Source of the DNA: Pyrobaculum sp.
Lineage (GTDB): Archaea > Thermoproteota > Thermoprotei > Thermoproteales > Thermoproteaceae
Assembly: GCA_046293555.1 (NCBI GenBank)
Contig: JBKBOT010000004.1
Coordinates: 5,485 to 69,484, forward strand
Direction: 5' to 3'
Length of the DNA stretch: 64,000 nt
The notes below the pieces were generated by a model, which saw only the letters and a list, made by a program, of their open reading frames with translations, made no database searches and was not told the DNA's origin. Every line of letters begins with the position of its first letter. The first letter of the stretch is position 1. A program made the position numbers and the translations under genes. Shown piece by piece: positions 56,277 to 64,000 of the stretch.

Positions 56277-57676
56277 GGGTCAGGGCACATATCTCAATGG
56301 CGATGAATCTAGATAAGTGTATTGGCTGCCACACATGTTCCATCACGTGTAAAAACGTGTGGACCAACAGAGAGGGGGCGGAGTACATGTGGTGGAATAA
56401 TGTAGAGACAAGGCCGGGCCCCGGCTACCCGAGGCAGTGGGATAACCAAGATAGATACGACGGCGGCTGGGTGTTAGACGGCGGAAAGCTGAAGTTAAGA
56501 ATTGAGGTGAAGAAAGCCTACAGGCCGCCTAGCCTCGATGTTTATTACCACCCGTGGACATATGACTACGAGACGTTATTTTCAGAACGGCAGTTTGACC
56601 AACAGCCCGTAGCTAGGCCTATCTCGTTAATTACCGGCGAGCCGGTTGACGTAAAGTACGGCCCCAACTGGAATGACGACTTGGCCGGCACGGATTTTAT
56701 CCTGGAGGACATGTCGCTTGTAGAGAGGGAGGTCTACACACAGTTTGAAAAAGTCTTCATGATGTATCTACCGCGTATTTGTAACCACTGTCTCAACCCC
56801 GCCTGTCTTGCCGCGTGTTCCAGAAAGGCTATCTACAAGCGGGAGGGGGACGGGATTGTGTTAATTGACCAAAACCGCTGTAGGGGGTACCGCCATTGCG
56901 TCTCTGCGTGTCCCTACAAGAAGGCGTATTACAACTGGAAGACAGGCACGTCTGAGAAATGTATTTTCTGCTATCCGAGAGTTGAGGCGGGGGAGACTAC
57001 TGTCTGTTCGCTAACTTGCGTTGGGAGGATTCGTTACGTCGGCGTGTTGTTATATGACGTGGACAAAGTTCTCGAGGTCGCATCTGAGCCAGACCCCAAG
57101 AGGTTGGCACGACGCCTTATAGACGAGGTTATTTTAGACCCCACAGACCCCGCCGTGAGAGCCGAGGCGGAGAAGGCAGGTATACCTAGCGACTGGATCT
57201 CAGCCGCGGTGAGGTCGCCGGTGTATAAAATGGTGAAAAAGTGGCGGATAGCCCTGCCGTTACATCCAGAATACAGGACGTTGCCGATGGTGTTTTACGT
57301 GCCGCCTCTCAGCCCTGTGGTTACCACCTTTGAGAAATACTACGGCGCCAAGATTACAGACATGTTGCCTAAAGTGGCTGACCTCAGGATACCGCTGCAG
57401 TATCTAGCCAATATGTTTACTGCAGGCGACATAACGCTTGTAGAACAGGCGTTGAAGAGGCTAATCGCCGTGAGGATTTACGAGAGGTCTAGAAACGTGG
57501 TGGGGGTAGACGCCAAGGCGGCTCTAGCTGAGGCGGGCCTCACCGAGGAGGAGGCTGAAGAGATGTATAGACTGTTGGCTATAGCTAGGCTAGAGGACAG
57601 GTTTGTGGTGCCCACCACGCCTGAAGGTTATCGCAAACAGCCATACGTAATGAGGGGAGTGGCGGGGTACCCATGA
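56273..57676 (+). CDS. narH: Nitrate reductase beta subunit
   Basis: CIGCHTC, CNHCLNPAC, CRGYRHCVSACPY, CIFCYP. Confidence 0.97.
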   Translation: MRVRAHISMAMNLDKCIGCHTCSITCKNVWTNREGAEYMWWNNVETRPGPGYPRQWDNQDRYDGGWVLDGGKLKLRIEVKKAYRPPSLDVYYHPWTYDYETLFSERQFDQQPVARPISLITGEPVDVKYGPNWNDDLAGTDFILEDMSLVEREVYTQFEKVFMMYLPRICNHCLNPACLAACSRKAIYKREGDGIVLIDQNRCRGYRHCVSACPYKKAYYNWKTGTSEKCIFCYPRVEAGETTVCSLTCVGRIRYVGVLLYDVDKVLEVASEPDPKRLARRLIDEVILDPTDPAVRAEAEKAGIPSDWISAAVRSPVYKMVKKWRIALPLHPEYRTLPMVFYVPPLSPVVTTFEKYYGAKITDMLPKVADLRIPLQYLANMFTAGDITLVEQALKRLIAVRIYERSRNVVGVDAKAALAEAGLTEEEAEEMYRLLAIARLEDRFVVPTTPEGYRKQPYVMRGVAGYP

Positions 57677-58608
57677 GGCGGGTAGTTATACCCGGTTTCG
57701 CGTTGTTGATTGCAGCAATCCTGGCGTCTTTTGGGCTAGTGGTGGTGACCGCCCAGGTCCCGGCGGCGTTGGTGAAATATGTCGAGGGCGCCCTGCCGTT
57801 AGACCCGGCCTCGCCCCTCTGGCCCGCCCCAGTGGAGGTCTCGTTGACAAGCCAGACGTTGGTATACCCGCTGTCGCCTACAGTGGAGACCAGGTCGTTG
57901 TCTGTCTCTGCGGTACATAACGGCACCCATGTGGCCATACGGCTGACGTGGAGTGACGCCACGCAAGATGTAATTAAGGCCGGAGGTCTTGACGTCTTTC
58001 CAGACGCCGTGGCGGTACAGTTCCCAGTGTCGCGGGCACAGCTGCCGTATATATGTATGGGCACTGTGGACAATCCCGTCAATATAATATACTGGAGGGC
58101 TGGCGCCGGCGTGGAGAACTTAGTGGCGGGGGCGGGCTATGGGCTATCGCCACAACAAAGAGAGGCGTTAGGCCTACAGGCAACCCCAACGGCGACTTTA
58201 GAGCTATTACCACCACAGGCGCAGGTAGTTACTGCTTACAGCAAATACGAGGGAGGGAAGTGGGCTGTAGTGATCGTAAGACCTCTGGGCTCTGTACATC
58301 CACTAATGTCGTCACTAGCCGGCGGCTTTAACGCCGCCTTTGCCGTATGGGATGGCAGTAAGGGCGAGAGAGGCGGGTTGAAGGCCACCAGCGGGTGGGT
58401 ACAATTCCAGCTAGAGAGGCCAGCAGCCCCAACGCCGACAACTGTTACAGTAACAACGACAGTAACAACGCCGGTGACAGTAACCACCACTGAGGCTGTC
58501 ACCACCACTAGGCTTGTGGAGACAACGCCGACGTGGGCTTGGGTGGTAATTGGGGTGCTTATTGCATTAATAGCGCTACTGGCCGGTCTGACCCTCCGTA
58601 AAAAATAG
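57673..58608 (+). CDS. narM: Heme b subunit (EbdC/NarM-like) with Thr-rich stalk and C-terminal TM
   Basis: DAVAVQFP, ICMG, NIIYW, FAVWDGS..ER.GLK. Confidence 0.8.
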   Translation: MRRVVIPGFALLIAAILASFGLVVVTAQVPAALVKYVEGALPLDPASPLWPAPVEVSLTSQTLVYPLSPTVETRSLSVSAVHNGTHVAIRLTWSDATQDVIKAGGLDVFPDAVAVQFPVSRAQLPYICMGTVDNPVNIIYWRAGAGVENLVAGAGYGLSPQQREALGLQATPTATLELLPPQAQVVTAYSKYEGGKWAVVIVRPLGSVHPLMSSLAGGFNAAFAVWDGSKGERGGLKATSGWVQFQLERPAAPTPTTVTVTTTVTTPVTVTTTEAVTTTRLVETTPTWAWVVIGVLIALIALLAGLTLRKK

Positions 58609-59298
58609 ATGTTTTTTTCTATACTTTTTTTTCTCGAGTTTTTATTTAACCGTACGTTAAGCCGGCTCTGGGTTTTTGTCCCCCACACCGCGGTTACTTA
58701 CGTCATGTTTGTAGCCATCCAGTGGGTGGGGGTCTTGGCTATGTATGGCCTCTATGTGGCCTCATTTGTGATAATGGGCAGTTGGGGTCGTCGGTATTTG
58801 CCGCTAGGGGCGGCGGCTGTGACACTCACGGCGTTAGACCTCGCGGCGTATTATCTGGGGTGGGGCTTTCGGCTGCTTTTTTTACTCCCGCTGGCTTTTA
58901 GCGTTGTGTTTAGAGAAAGGGCCGCCGTGGGGTTTTCGACGTATTACCTCGTTAGGGGGGCGGCGGACATATATCTAGGGGGCGTGGGGAGGTTAGTGCC
59001 TTTTTTCGAGCTGGCGTGGGCGTTAATGCCGCTAGCGGGGGGCTGGAGGTTTAACAAAAAGGCTGCGGCCACTGCGGCTATGGCACTCCTGTTGGTGTTA
59101 GTCTCTCCACACTACATGGGGTTGGTTTTCGCCTTTAGCCTAGGCCTCACTCAGATATACCTACTGCCCCTCGCCGTATTTCTCGCGATGTCTTCTAGAA
59201 GTAGGTACCCCATATTTCCCCTCCTCGCCGGGCCGCAGCCACAGCTGTCTGTACATTATCTCACGCTCGCTGTCGCCGCGGGGTATATACGTAAATAG
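58609..59298 (+). CDS. Hypothetical membrane protein at the end of the nar operon
   Basis: Hydrophobic ORF abutting narM. Confidence 0.55.
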   Translation: MFFSILFFLEFLFNRTLSRLWVFVPHTAVTYVMFVAIQWVGVLAMYGLYVASFVIMGSWGRRYLPLGAAAVTLTALDLAAYYLGWGFRLLFLLPLAFSVVFRERAAVGFSTYYLVRGAADIYLGGVGRLVPFFELAWALMPLAGGWRFNKKAAATAAMALLLVLVSPHYMGLVFAFSLGLTQIYLLPLAVFLAMSSRSRYPIFPLLAGPQPQLSVHYLTLAVAAGYIRK

Positions 59299-59316
59299 TG
59301 GAAACATCTTTATCTC

Positions 59317-60687
59317 ATGGAGGAACTTCTCCTCAGGGCTGTGGACTATGGGCTTCAGCTCGGGGCAGAGTATGTAGAGGCCAGGTGGCAACTAGACGTG
59401 GGGGAGGCGGCGGGGTTGCGAAATGGCGAGTTTGAGTTCTCCTCCACCTATAGACATGGGGGGGTCTCCATACGTGTGCTAGCCGGCGGGGGGCTTGGCT
59501 TCTCCGCCACGCCTAGGGTGGAGGTAGTGGACGTGTTGGGAGCCGTGGAGAGAGCCTATAGGCTCGCCAAAGCCGCTGGCTCTTTTAGAAAACGGCCTGT
59601 AGCCCTCAGCGAGGAGAGGCTGGCCAACGTGAGGTATTTCCTGCCGGAAGTCTCCACAAGCCCTCTAGAGGTGTTGAAAGAGCTAGACGGCCATGTGGAC
59701 CGTGGGCTGTCTGTACGTAGGCTTGTCGGCGCCGTGTGGCTTACTGAGAAGCTTGTTGTGACTAGCGACGGGGGTTATGTATATAGCAAAATCCCCCGCG
59801 TCTATGTTTTCGCCATGTTTATTAAACACGGCGCGGGGGGGAGTCTGCAGAGAGATCTATTTGCCGGCGGGGTTTCCCTAAAGGCGTTAAGGGGGTTTGA
59901 AAAAGTGGTGGAGGAGGAGTCTAGAAAGGTCTCCCTCCTGTTGGAAAAGGCGAGAGCCATAACGCCCGGCAGATACGACGTGGTGTTTAGCCCAGAGATG
60001 GCGGGCATATTGGTACACGAGTCTGTGGGGCACCCCTTTGAGCTAGATAGGATTTTCGGCCGGGAGGGCGCAGAGGCTGGGGAGTCATACATAAGGCCTG
60101 GGGATCTATATGTAAAAATCGGCAGTGACCATGTAAATATTGTAGACAACCCGACGCTTCCGGAGACTTACGGCTTTTATCTAGTAGACGACGAGGGAGT
60201 TGTGGCTAGACCCAAGTGGCTAGTCAGAGAGGGACGTGCCTCCGAGTTTATCTCCAATAGGCAATACGCCGCGTTGATCAATAGCCGTAGCAACGCCGGC
60301 GCTAGGGCTTCTGCTTTCGACAGAGAGCCTATCCCCAGGATGTCAAATACGTACCTCCTCCCCGGCGGCTGGAGCCCCGAGGAGATTATTAGAGACACGA
60401 GGAGGGGAATATACGTGGTGTCATATACCGAGTGGAATATAGATGACGTGAGATATTCCGGCAGATATGGCATTTTTGAGGGGTATCTTATCGAGAATGG
60501 GGAGTTAAAACACCCAGTGAAGGGCTTTATTGAGGTAGACACGCCGGAGCTTTGGGGCGGGGTAGACGCGGTGGGGAAAGACTTCAAGCTTTTTGTTGGC
60601 ACTTGCGGCAAGGGGAACCCCGTACAAGGCGTCCCCGTCACTATGGGCGGCCCCACCTTTAGGAGTAAGTCTCTTAGGGTGATATGA
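59317..60687 (+). CDS. tldD: TldD-family metallopeptidase
   Basis: HESVGHPFELDR, DDEG, RMSNT, GTCGK. Confidence 0.93.
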   Translation: MEELLLRAVDYGLQLGAEYVEARWQLDVGEAAGLRNGEFEFSSTYRHGGVSIRVLAGGGLGFSATPRVEVVDVLGAVERAYRLAKAAGSFRKRPVALSEERLANVRYFLPEVSTSPLEVLKELDGHVDRGLSVRRLVGAVWLTEKLVVTSDGGYVYSKIPRVYVFAMFIKHGAGGSLQRDLFAGGVSLKALRGFEKVVEEESRKVSLLLEKARAITPGRYDVVFSPEMAGILVHESVGHPFELDRIFGREGAEAGESYIRPGDLYVKIGSDHVNIVDNPTLPETYGFYLVDDEGVVARPKWLVREGRASEFISNRQYAALINSRSNAGARASAFDREPIPRMSNTYLLPGGWSPEEIIRDTRRGIYVVSYTEWNIDDVRYSGRYGIFEGYLIENGELKHPVKGFIEVDTPELWGGVDAVGKDFKLFVGTCGKGNPVQGVPVTMGGPTFRSKSLRVI

Positions 60688-61961
60688 TTCTCCGCTTGTT
60701 TTCCAACAGGGTGGATGAAGCCGCCTTGGTGAAAGTCTCACAGAAGAACTACATGGCGAGATTTGCTAACGACGAGGTGACTATATTTAAACACTGGACT
60801 TCCGAAAGCCTTTACCTATACCTAGCGAGGGGGAGGAGGGCCCTCTATGTAAACATGTCTGGAGGGTTGGACATACAGATGTTAGAAAGAGAGGTGAGAC
60901 GTCTCTCCACACTGCCGGAAGACCCTCTTTACGTCCCGCTTGGAGGGCCCACGCCTGGCGTCTATCAAGAGCCTGAGGGAGACCCGGAGAGGCTTGTAGA
61001 TCTGGTGAAAACCGCTGTGGATAACACGGAGGGGGTGGAGAGAAATGCCGGCGCGGCGCGTATGATTTACTCAACTGTGGAGTATGAAGACACCGCCGGC
61101 CGCACGGGCCGGTATGCGCTTAACAAGATCTTTCTCACCATGAGGTCTTTCGCCGGGGAGCTTTCTGTAACTAACACCGCTGCCGGAAGGCAGGAGGTAG
61201 ACGCCAGGAGGCTAGCTGTCGCCAACTCGCAGCTGTTAAGTCTAGCCAGGGGGCTGCCGAAAAGGAGAGCTGAGGCCTCGAAAACACGGCTGTTGCTCTC
61301 CCCAATTGTCTTTGGCCACCTCATGGGCGAGGTGGCCATGCATTGGGTCAACGGAGGGGAGGTCATAGCGCAAACCTCTCGGTACACAAAAGAGGATTTG
61401 GGCAAGGAGGTGGCTTCTGAAAACTTGACTCTAGTGGAGACGACTTACTACCAACATGCCTACGGCTTTACTCCTTTCGACTTTGAGGGAATCCCGCCGA
61501 GGAGGGTGGGGATATTCGACAGGGGCGTGTTGAAAGAGTTTATACATAACCGACGTACTGCCGCCAGGCTTGGCGTAGAGTCTACTGGACACGCCCTAGG
61601 GGGTTGGGTCAGGCCCTCGCCTGGACATGTGGAAGTGGCGCCCGGCGATATTCCACACGACGTGGAGATATTAATGACAGAACTGAGGAGGGGGTATTAC
61701 ATACATAACAACTGGTATACAAGATATCAAAACGTCAAGACCGGCCAGTTCTCCACCGTGGGTAGAGATTTAGCGCTAGAGGTAATAGACGGGAGGCCTG
61801 TCGCCGTTGTGAAGTTTGTCAGAATTGCCGACACTTTAGAAAACATAGTGAGAAATATAGCGGCTCTCTCGAAAGAGGCAGAACAAGTGTATTGGTGGGA
61901 TATGGTCGTGCCCGCCACTGCGCCTTATGCGATAATTCAAGACGTCGGGATAACCACGTGA
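60684..61961 (+). CDS. pmbA: PmbA/TldE-family protein
   Basis: FDFEG, STGHA, G.FST; follows tldD. Confidence 0.85.
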   Translation: MILRLFSNRVDEAALVKVSQKNYMARFANDEVTIFKHWTSESLYLYLARGRRALYVNMSGGLDIQMLEREVRRLSTLPEDPLYVPLGGPTPGVYQEPEGDPERLVDLVKTAVDNTEGVERNAGAARMIYSTVEYEDTAGRTGRYALNKIFLTMRSFAGELSVTNTAAGRQEVDARRLAVANSQLLSLARGLPKRRAEASKTRLLLSPIVFGHLMGEVAMHWVNGGEVIAQTSRYTKEDLGKEVASENLTLVETTYYQHAYGFTPFDFEGIPPRRVGIFDRGVLKEFIHNRRTAARLGVESTGHALGGWVRPSPGHVEVAPGDIPHDVEILMTELRRGYYIHNNWYTRYQNVKTGQFSTVGRDLALEVIDGRPVAVVKFVRIADTLENIVRNIAALSKEAEQVYWWDMVVPATAPYAIIQDVGITT

Positions 61962-61993
61962 AAATTTAAAAAGCCGCTAATTATATATACATA

Positions 61994-62082
61994 GCGGCCG
62001 TAGCTCAGCGGGAGAGTAATGCCCCGAAAGCGCCCGGCTGAAGACCGGGCGGTCCCGGGTTCAAGTCCCGGCGGCCGCACCA
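61994..62082 (+). tRNA. tRNA-Phe(GAA) with a 14-nt intron at position 22/23 (62015-62028); CCA encoded
   Basis: Acceptor GCGGCCG/CGGCCGC, anticodon arm CCCGG-CTGAAGA-CCGGG, T-loop TTCAAGT. The D stem GCTC/GAGC forms only after removing AGTAATGCCCCGAA. CGGG/CCCG helix with AGA and AAA bulges. TTTAAAAA at 61965. Confidence 0.93.
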
Positions 62083-63407
62083 TCTTCTCGATATTACTTT
62101 CCTCTTTCATCACGCCGTTTTTCGCCACAGCCCTAAGTGTCGCTCTCCCCTCCATAGCTAGAGAGTTCGTAATTCCCTCTAGCTCCACCTTAGGCCTACT
62201 GGTGGCATTAACTACGGCAATCGCCGCGTTTGTCCTCCCGGCTGGCCAACTTGCCGACATGAAAGGCTATGCGAGAATATTTAGGGCCGGCCTTTTGATA
62301 GTCCTAACGGGACTTGTCGTAACCTCTGCTGCCCTCACGCCGGCGTGGCTTTACGCCGGCTTGACTATAGCCGGCTTAGGGCTCGCCATGGTGTTTGGCA
62401 GTAACAACGCCTTGTTGATCCAGTTGGCGCCCCCGGGGAGGCGGGCGTCTCTAGTGGGGCTAAACTCCATGGCGGTATATATAGGCTTGGTTTTAGGCCC
62501 GCCGACAGGCGGCATGTTGGCTGAAATAAGCTGGAGGCTAGTCTTCCTGCCGGCAATTGCGTTAGGCGTTATCTCTTATCTCCTCTCTTGTGGCATAAAG
62601 TCAAAGGGGGCTGCCGGCAGGTTAGACCTCCTGGGGGCAGTGGGGTGGGGCGCCACGGCCGTCTTGTTGATACTTGGCACGCAGAAATACCAACTGTTGG
62701 CCTTTGGGCTTTTGGCCTTGTTGTTAACTCTATTGGCAGAACGCAAGGCTGTAAACCCGCTTATAGACCCCGCCTCTTTTAAAAACGTGGTTTTTTCAGC
62801 CTCTGTAGCTGCCTCGTTTTTAAATTATCTCTCCACAGCTGCCCTCATCCCCGTGTTGAGTCTATTATTTCAGGAGACATACGCCCTCTCCCCCGGAGTG
62901 ACCGGCTGGATACTCGCCCTACAGGCGTTAGCCATGGCCGTGTTAGCCCCCATATCGGGGAGAATTAGCGATAGGCTATCCCCGCCCGCTGTGGCCACGG
63001 CAGGTTCGGCCGTATTGGCCGGAGGCCTCCTGTTATGTGCCCACACGCCCCACCCAATGTGGGCTATCCCCTCCCTGTTTATAATCGGCGTCGGCTTTGC
63101 CCTCTTTATAGTTCCTAACACCACAATTATACTCACCACAGCCGCCTCTAGAGGCTTTGGGTCGGCCGTAGTTGCAACATCTAGAGTATTAGGCCAATCT
63201 ATGAGTAACGCCCTGGCCGTATATATGTTAAGAGATGTCACGCCTGAAGAAGTGGCCAAATTGTTGTTCTTACTAGTAATCTTTGCAGTGATGTCAGCCT
63301 TCCTCTCGGCAGTTCGCCTATCTAAAGTCAGGAAGGGGGCTTACAGCTGTCTGCAAGACTTAAGCTGTCTGACGGCAATATTAAAACAATCTACATTAGC
63401 CCATTAG
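62019..63407 (+). CDS. MFS drug/H+ antiporter (DHA2/EmrB-like); start uncertain, overlaps the tRNA
   Basis: SFITPF..AL.VALPSI, G.LAD..G..R, GP..GG.L, G.ISDR; about 14 TMs. Confidence 0.8.
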   Translation: MPRKRPAEDRAVPGSSPGGRTIFSILLSSFITPFFATALSVALPSIAREFVIPSSSTLGLLVALTTAIAAFVLPAGQLADMKGYARIFRAGLLIVLTGLVVTSAALTPAWLYAGLTIAGLGLAMVFGSNNALLIQLAPPGRRASLVGLNSMAVYIGLVLGPPTGGMLAEISWRLVFLPAIALGVISYLLSCGIKSKGAAGRLDLLGAVGWGATAVLLILGTQKYQLLAFGLLALLLTLLAERKAVNPLIDPASFKNVVFSASVAASFLNYLSTAALIPVLSLLFQETYALSPGVTGWILALQALAMAVLAPISGRISDRLSPPAVATAGSAVLAGGLLLCAHTPHPMWAIPSLFIIGVGFALFIVPNTTIILTTAASRGFGSAVVATSRVLGQSMSNALAVYMLRDVTPEEVAKLLFLLVIFAVMSAFLSAVRLSKVRKGAYSCLQDLSCLTAILKQSTLAH

Positions 63408-63929
63408 CCCCCAGTCGGGCACTTTAAAGTCCTTACGTAGGGGGTAGAGGGGCTTTCCGGTCTTCTCGTCTATACAACAGTCTGGGTCTAGTAGAAACCT
63501 CTTGCCCATATGGGGGTTGCCCTCAAACCAGATGCCAAACATCTCGTGGCATTCTCTCTCGTCGTAATCTGCAGAGGGGAATATGTCGGCAATGCTGTCT
63601 ATCTTCGGGCTGTCTCTAGGTATTTCCGCCCGGATGTGTAAAAGCTGGCTTCTCAACTCGGGCGTTAGATAGGAGGCAAAGACGTATATCACCAGAAGTT
63701 TCCTCTCTGCCAGATAGTCCACGGCGCTTAGTGACAACACGTGGTCAAACCCCAGTTTCTTCACGGCGGCGGCCACCTCTCTGATCTTCTGTGGGGGCAC
63801 CATTACGCAGAGATGTCCCTCAGGCGTCACGCCGTGGTTAAGAAAGCTCTCCCCCAACGCCTCTCTCACCTTTTGGAGTAATGTATGTTCTCCCGCCTGT
63901 GGGCACTTGGGCGGAATTTTTGCCGACAT
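63396..63929 (-). CDS. nuoC: NADH dehydrogenase-like complex subunit C
   Basis: LSAVDY, ERECHEMFGIWFEGNP, YPLRKDF. Confidence 0.9.
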   Translation of the reverse strand: MSAKIPPKCPQAGEHTLLQKVREALGESFLNHGVTPEGHLCVMVPPQKIREVAAAVKKLGFDHVLSLSAVDYLAERKLLVIYVFASYLTPELRSQLLHIRAEIPRDSPKIDSIADIFPSADYDERECHEMFGIWFEGNPHMGKRFLLDPDCCIDEKTGKPLYPLRKDFKVPDWGLMG

Positions 63930-63930
63930 G

Positions 63931-64000
63931 TTACCCAGAGCGAGGCGCAGTTGTTGGAGGCGGCGTGGGCTTTGCCGGCGGCAAATAGGGGGCGAGGTCT
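63931..64000 (-). CDS. 3' end of the upstream gene (possibly nuoB)
   Basis: Open frame DLAPYLPPAKPTPPPTTAPRSG* ends 1 nt before the nuoC ATG; identity inferred from gene order only. Confidence 0.35.
   Translation of the reverse strand, partial: DLAPYLPPAKPTPPPTTAPRSG

Noticed and set aside
58430-58530. ACAGTAAC/ACCACC low-complexity tract
   Set aside because: Thr/Val stalk of NarM.
52413-58608. No narK or narI next to narGH
   Set aside because: Expected for Tat-exported archaeal pNar, which uses NarM.
58635-58651. TTTAAC-CGTAC-GTTAAG, operator-like
   Set aside because: Wrong spacer (5 nt), inside a CDS, and no promoter geometry.
61994-62082. tRNA as an integration (att) site
   Set aside because: No integrase and no duplicated tRNA 3' end found in the window.

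Overview
GC-moderate archaeal DNA. Gene content, short overlaps (ATGA/GTGA), largely leaderless promoters and an intron-containing tRNA all fit Thermoproteaceae (Pyrobaculum-like). About 0.6-15.5 kb is housekeeping: a DsbA-like protein, a RavA/ViaA-like AAA+/VWA pair, the nurA-herA-mre11-rad50 operon, aRF1, uS10, Taw3, a DHDPS-family lyase and an MFS transporter. About 16-59 kb is one respiratory supercluster. It holds Ccm cytochrome c maturation, a split cd1-type nitrite reductase, qNor, NosZ with two separate nosDFYL sets, outward-facing NarGH(M)J, a Rieske/cytochrome b complex and an intact ba3 oxidase. It also holds an aa3-type oxidase operon broken by four frame-disrupting lesions. The window ends with tldD/pmbA, tRNA-Phe(GAA), an MFS gene and nuoC. 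Most notable observations: (1) a 17-bp palindrome (GGTTwAy-N3-rTTAACC) sits exactly 7 nt before the TATA-like box of nirS, nosZ and nor, a candidate archaeal denitrification operator, with Cys-bearing HTH regulators encoded nearby; (2) the only conventional in-frame start codon for the first helix of an MFS transporter lies inside the 14-nt intron of tRNA-Phe; (3) the aa3 oxidase is decaying while the ba3 oxidase is intact. Family assignments come from motif recognition by eye, with no database searches.
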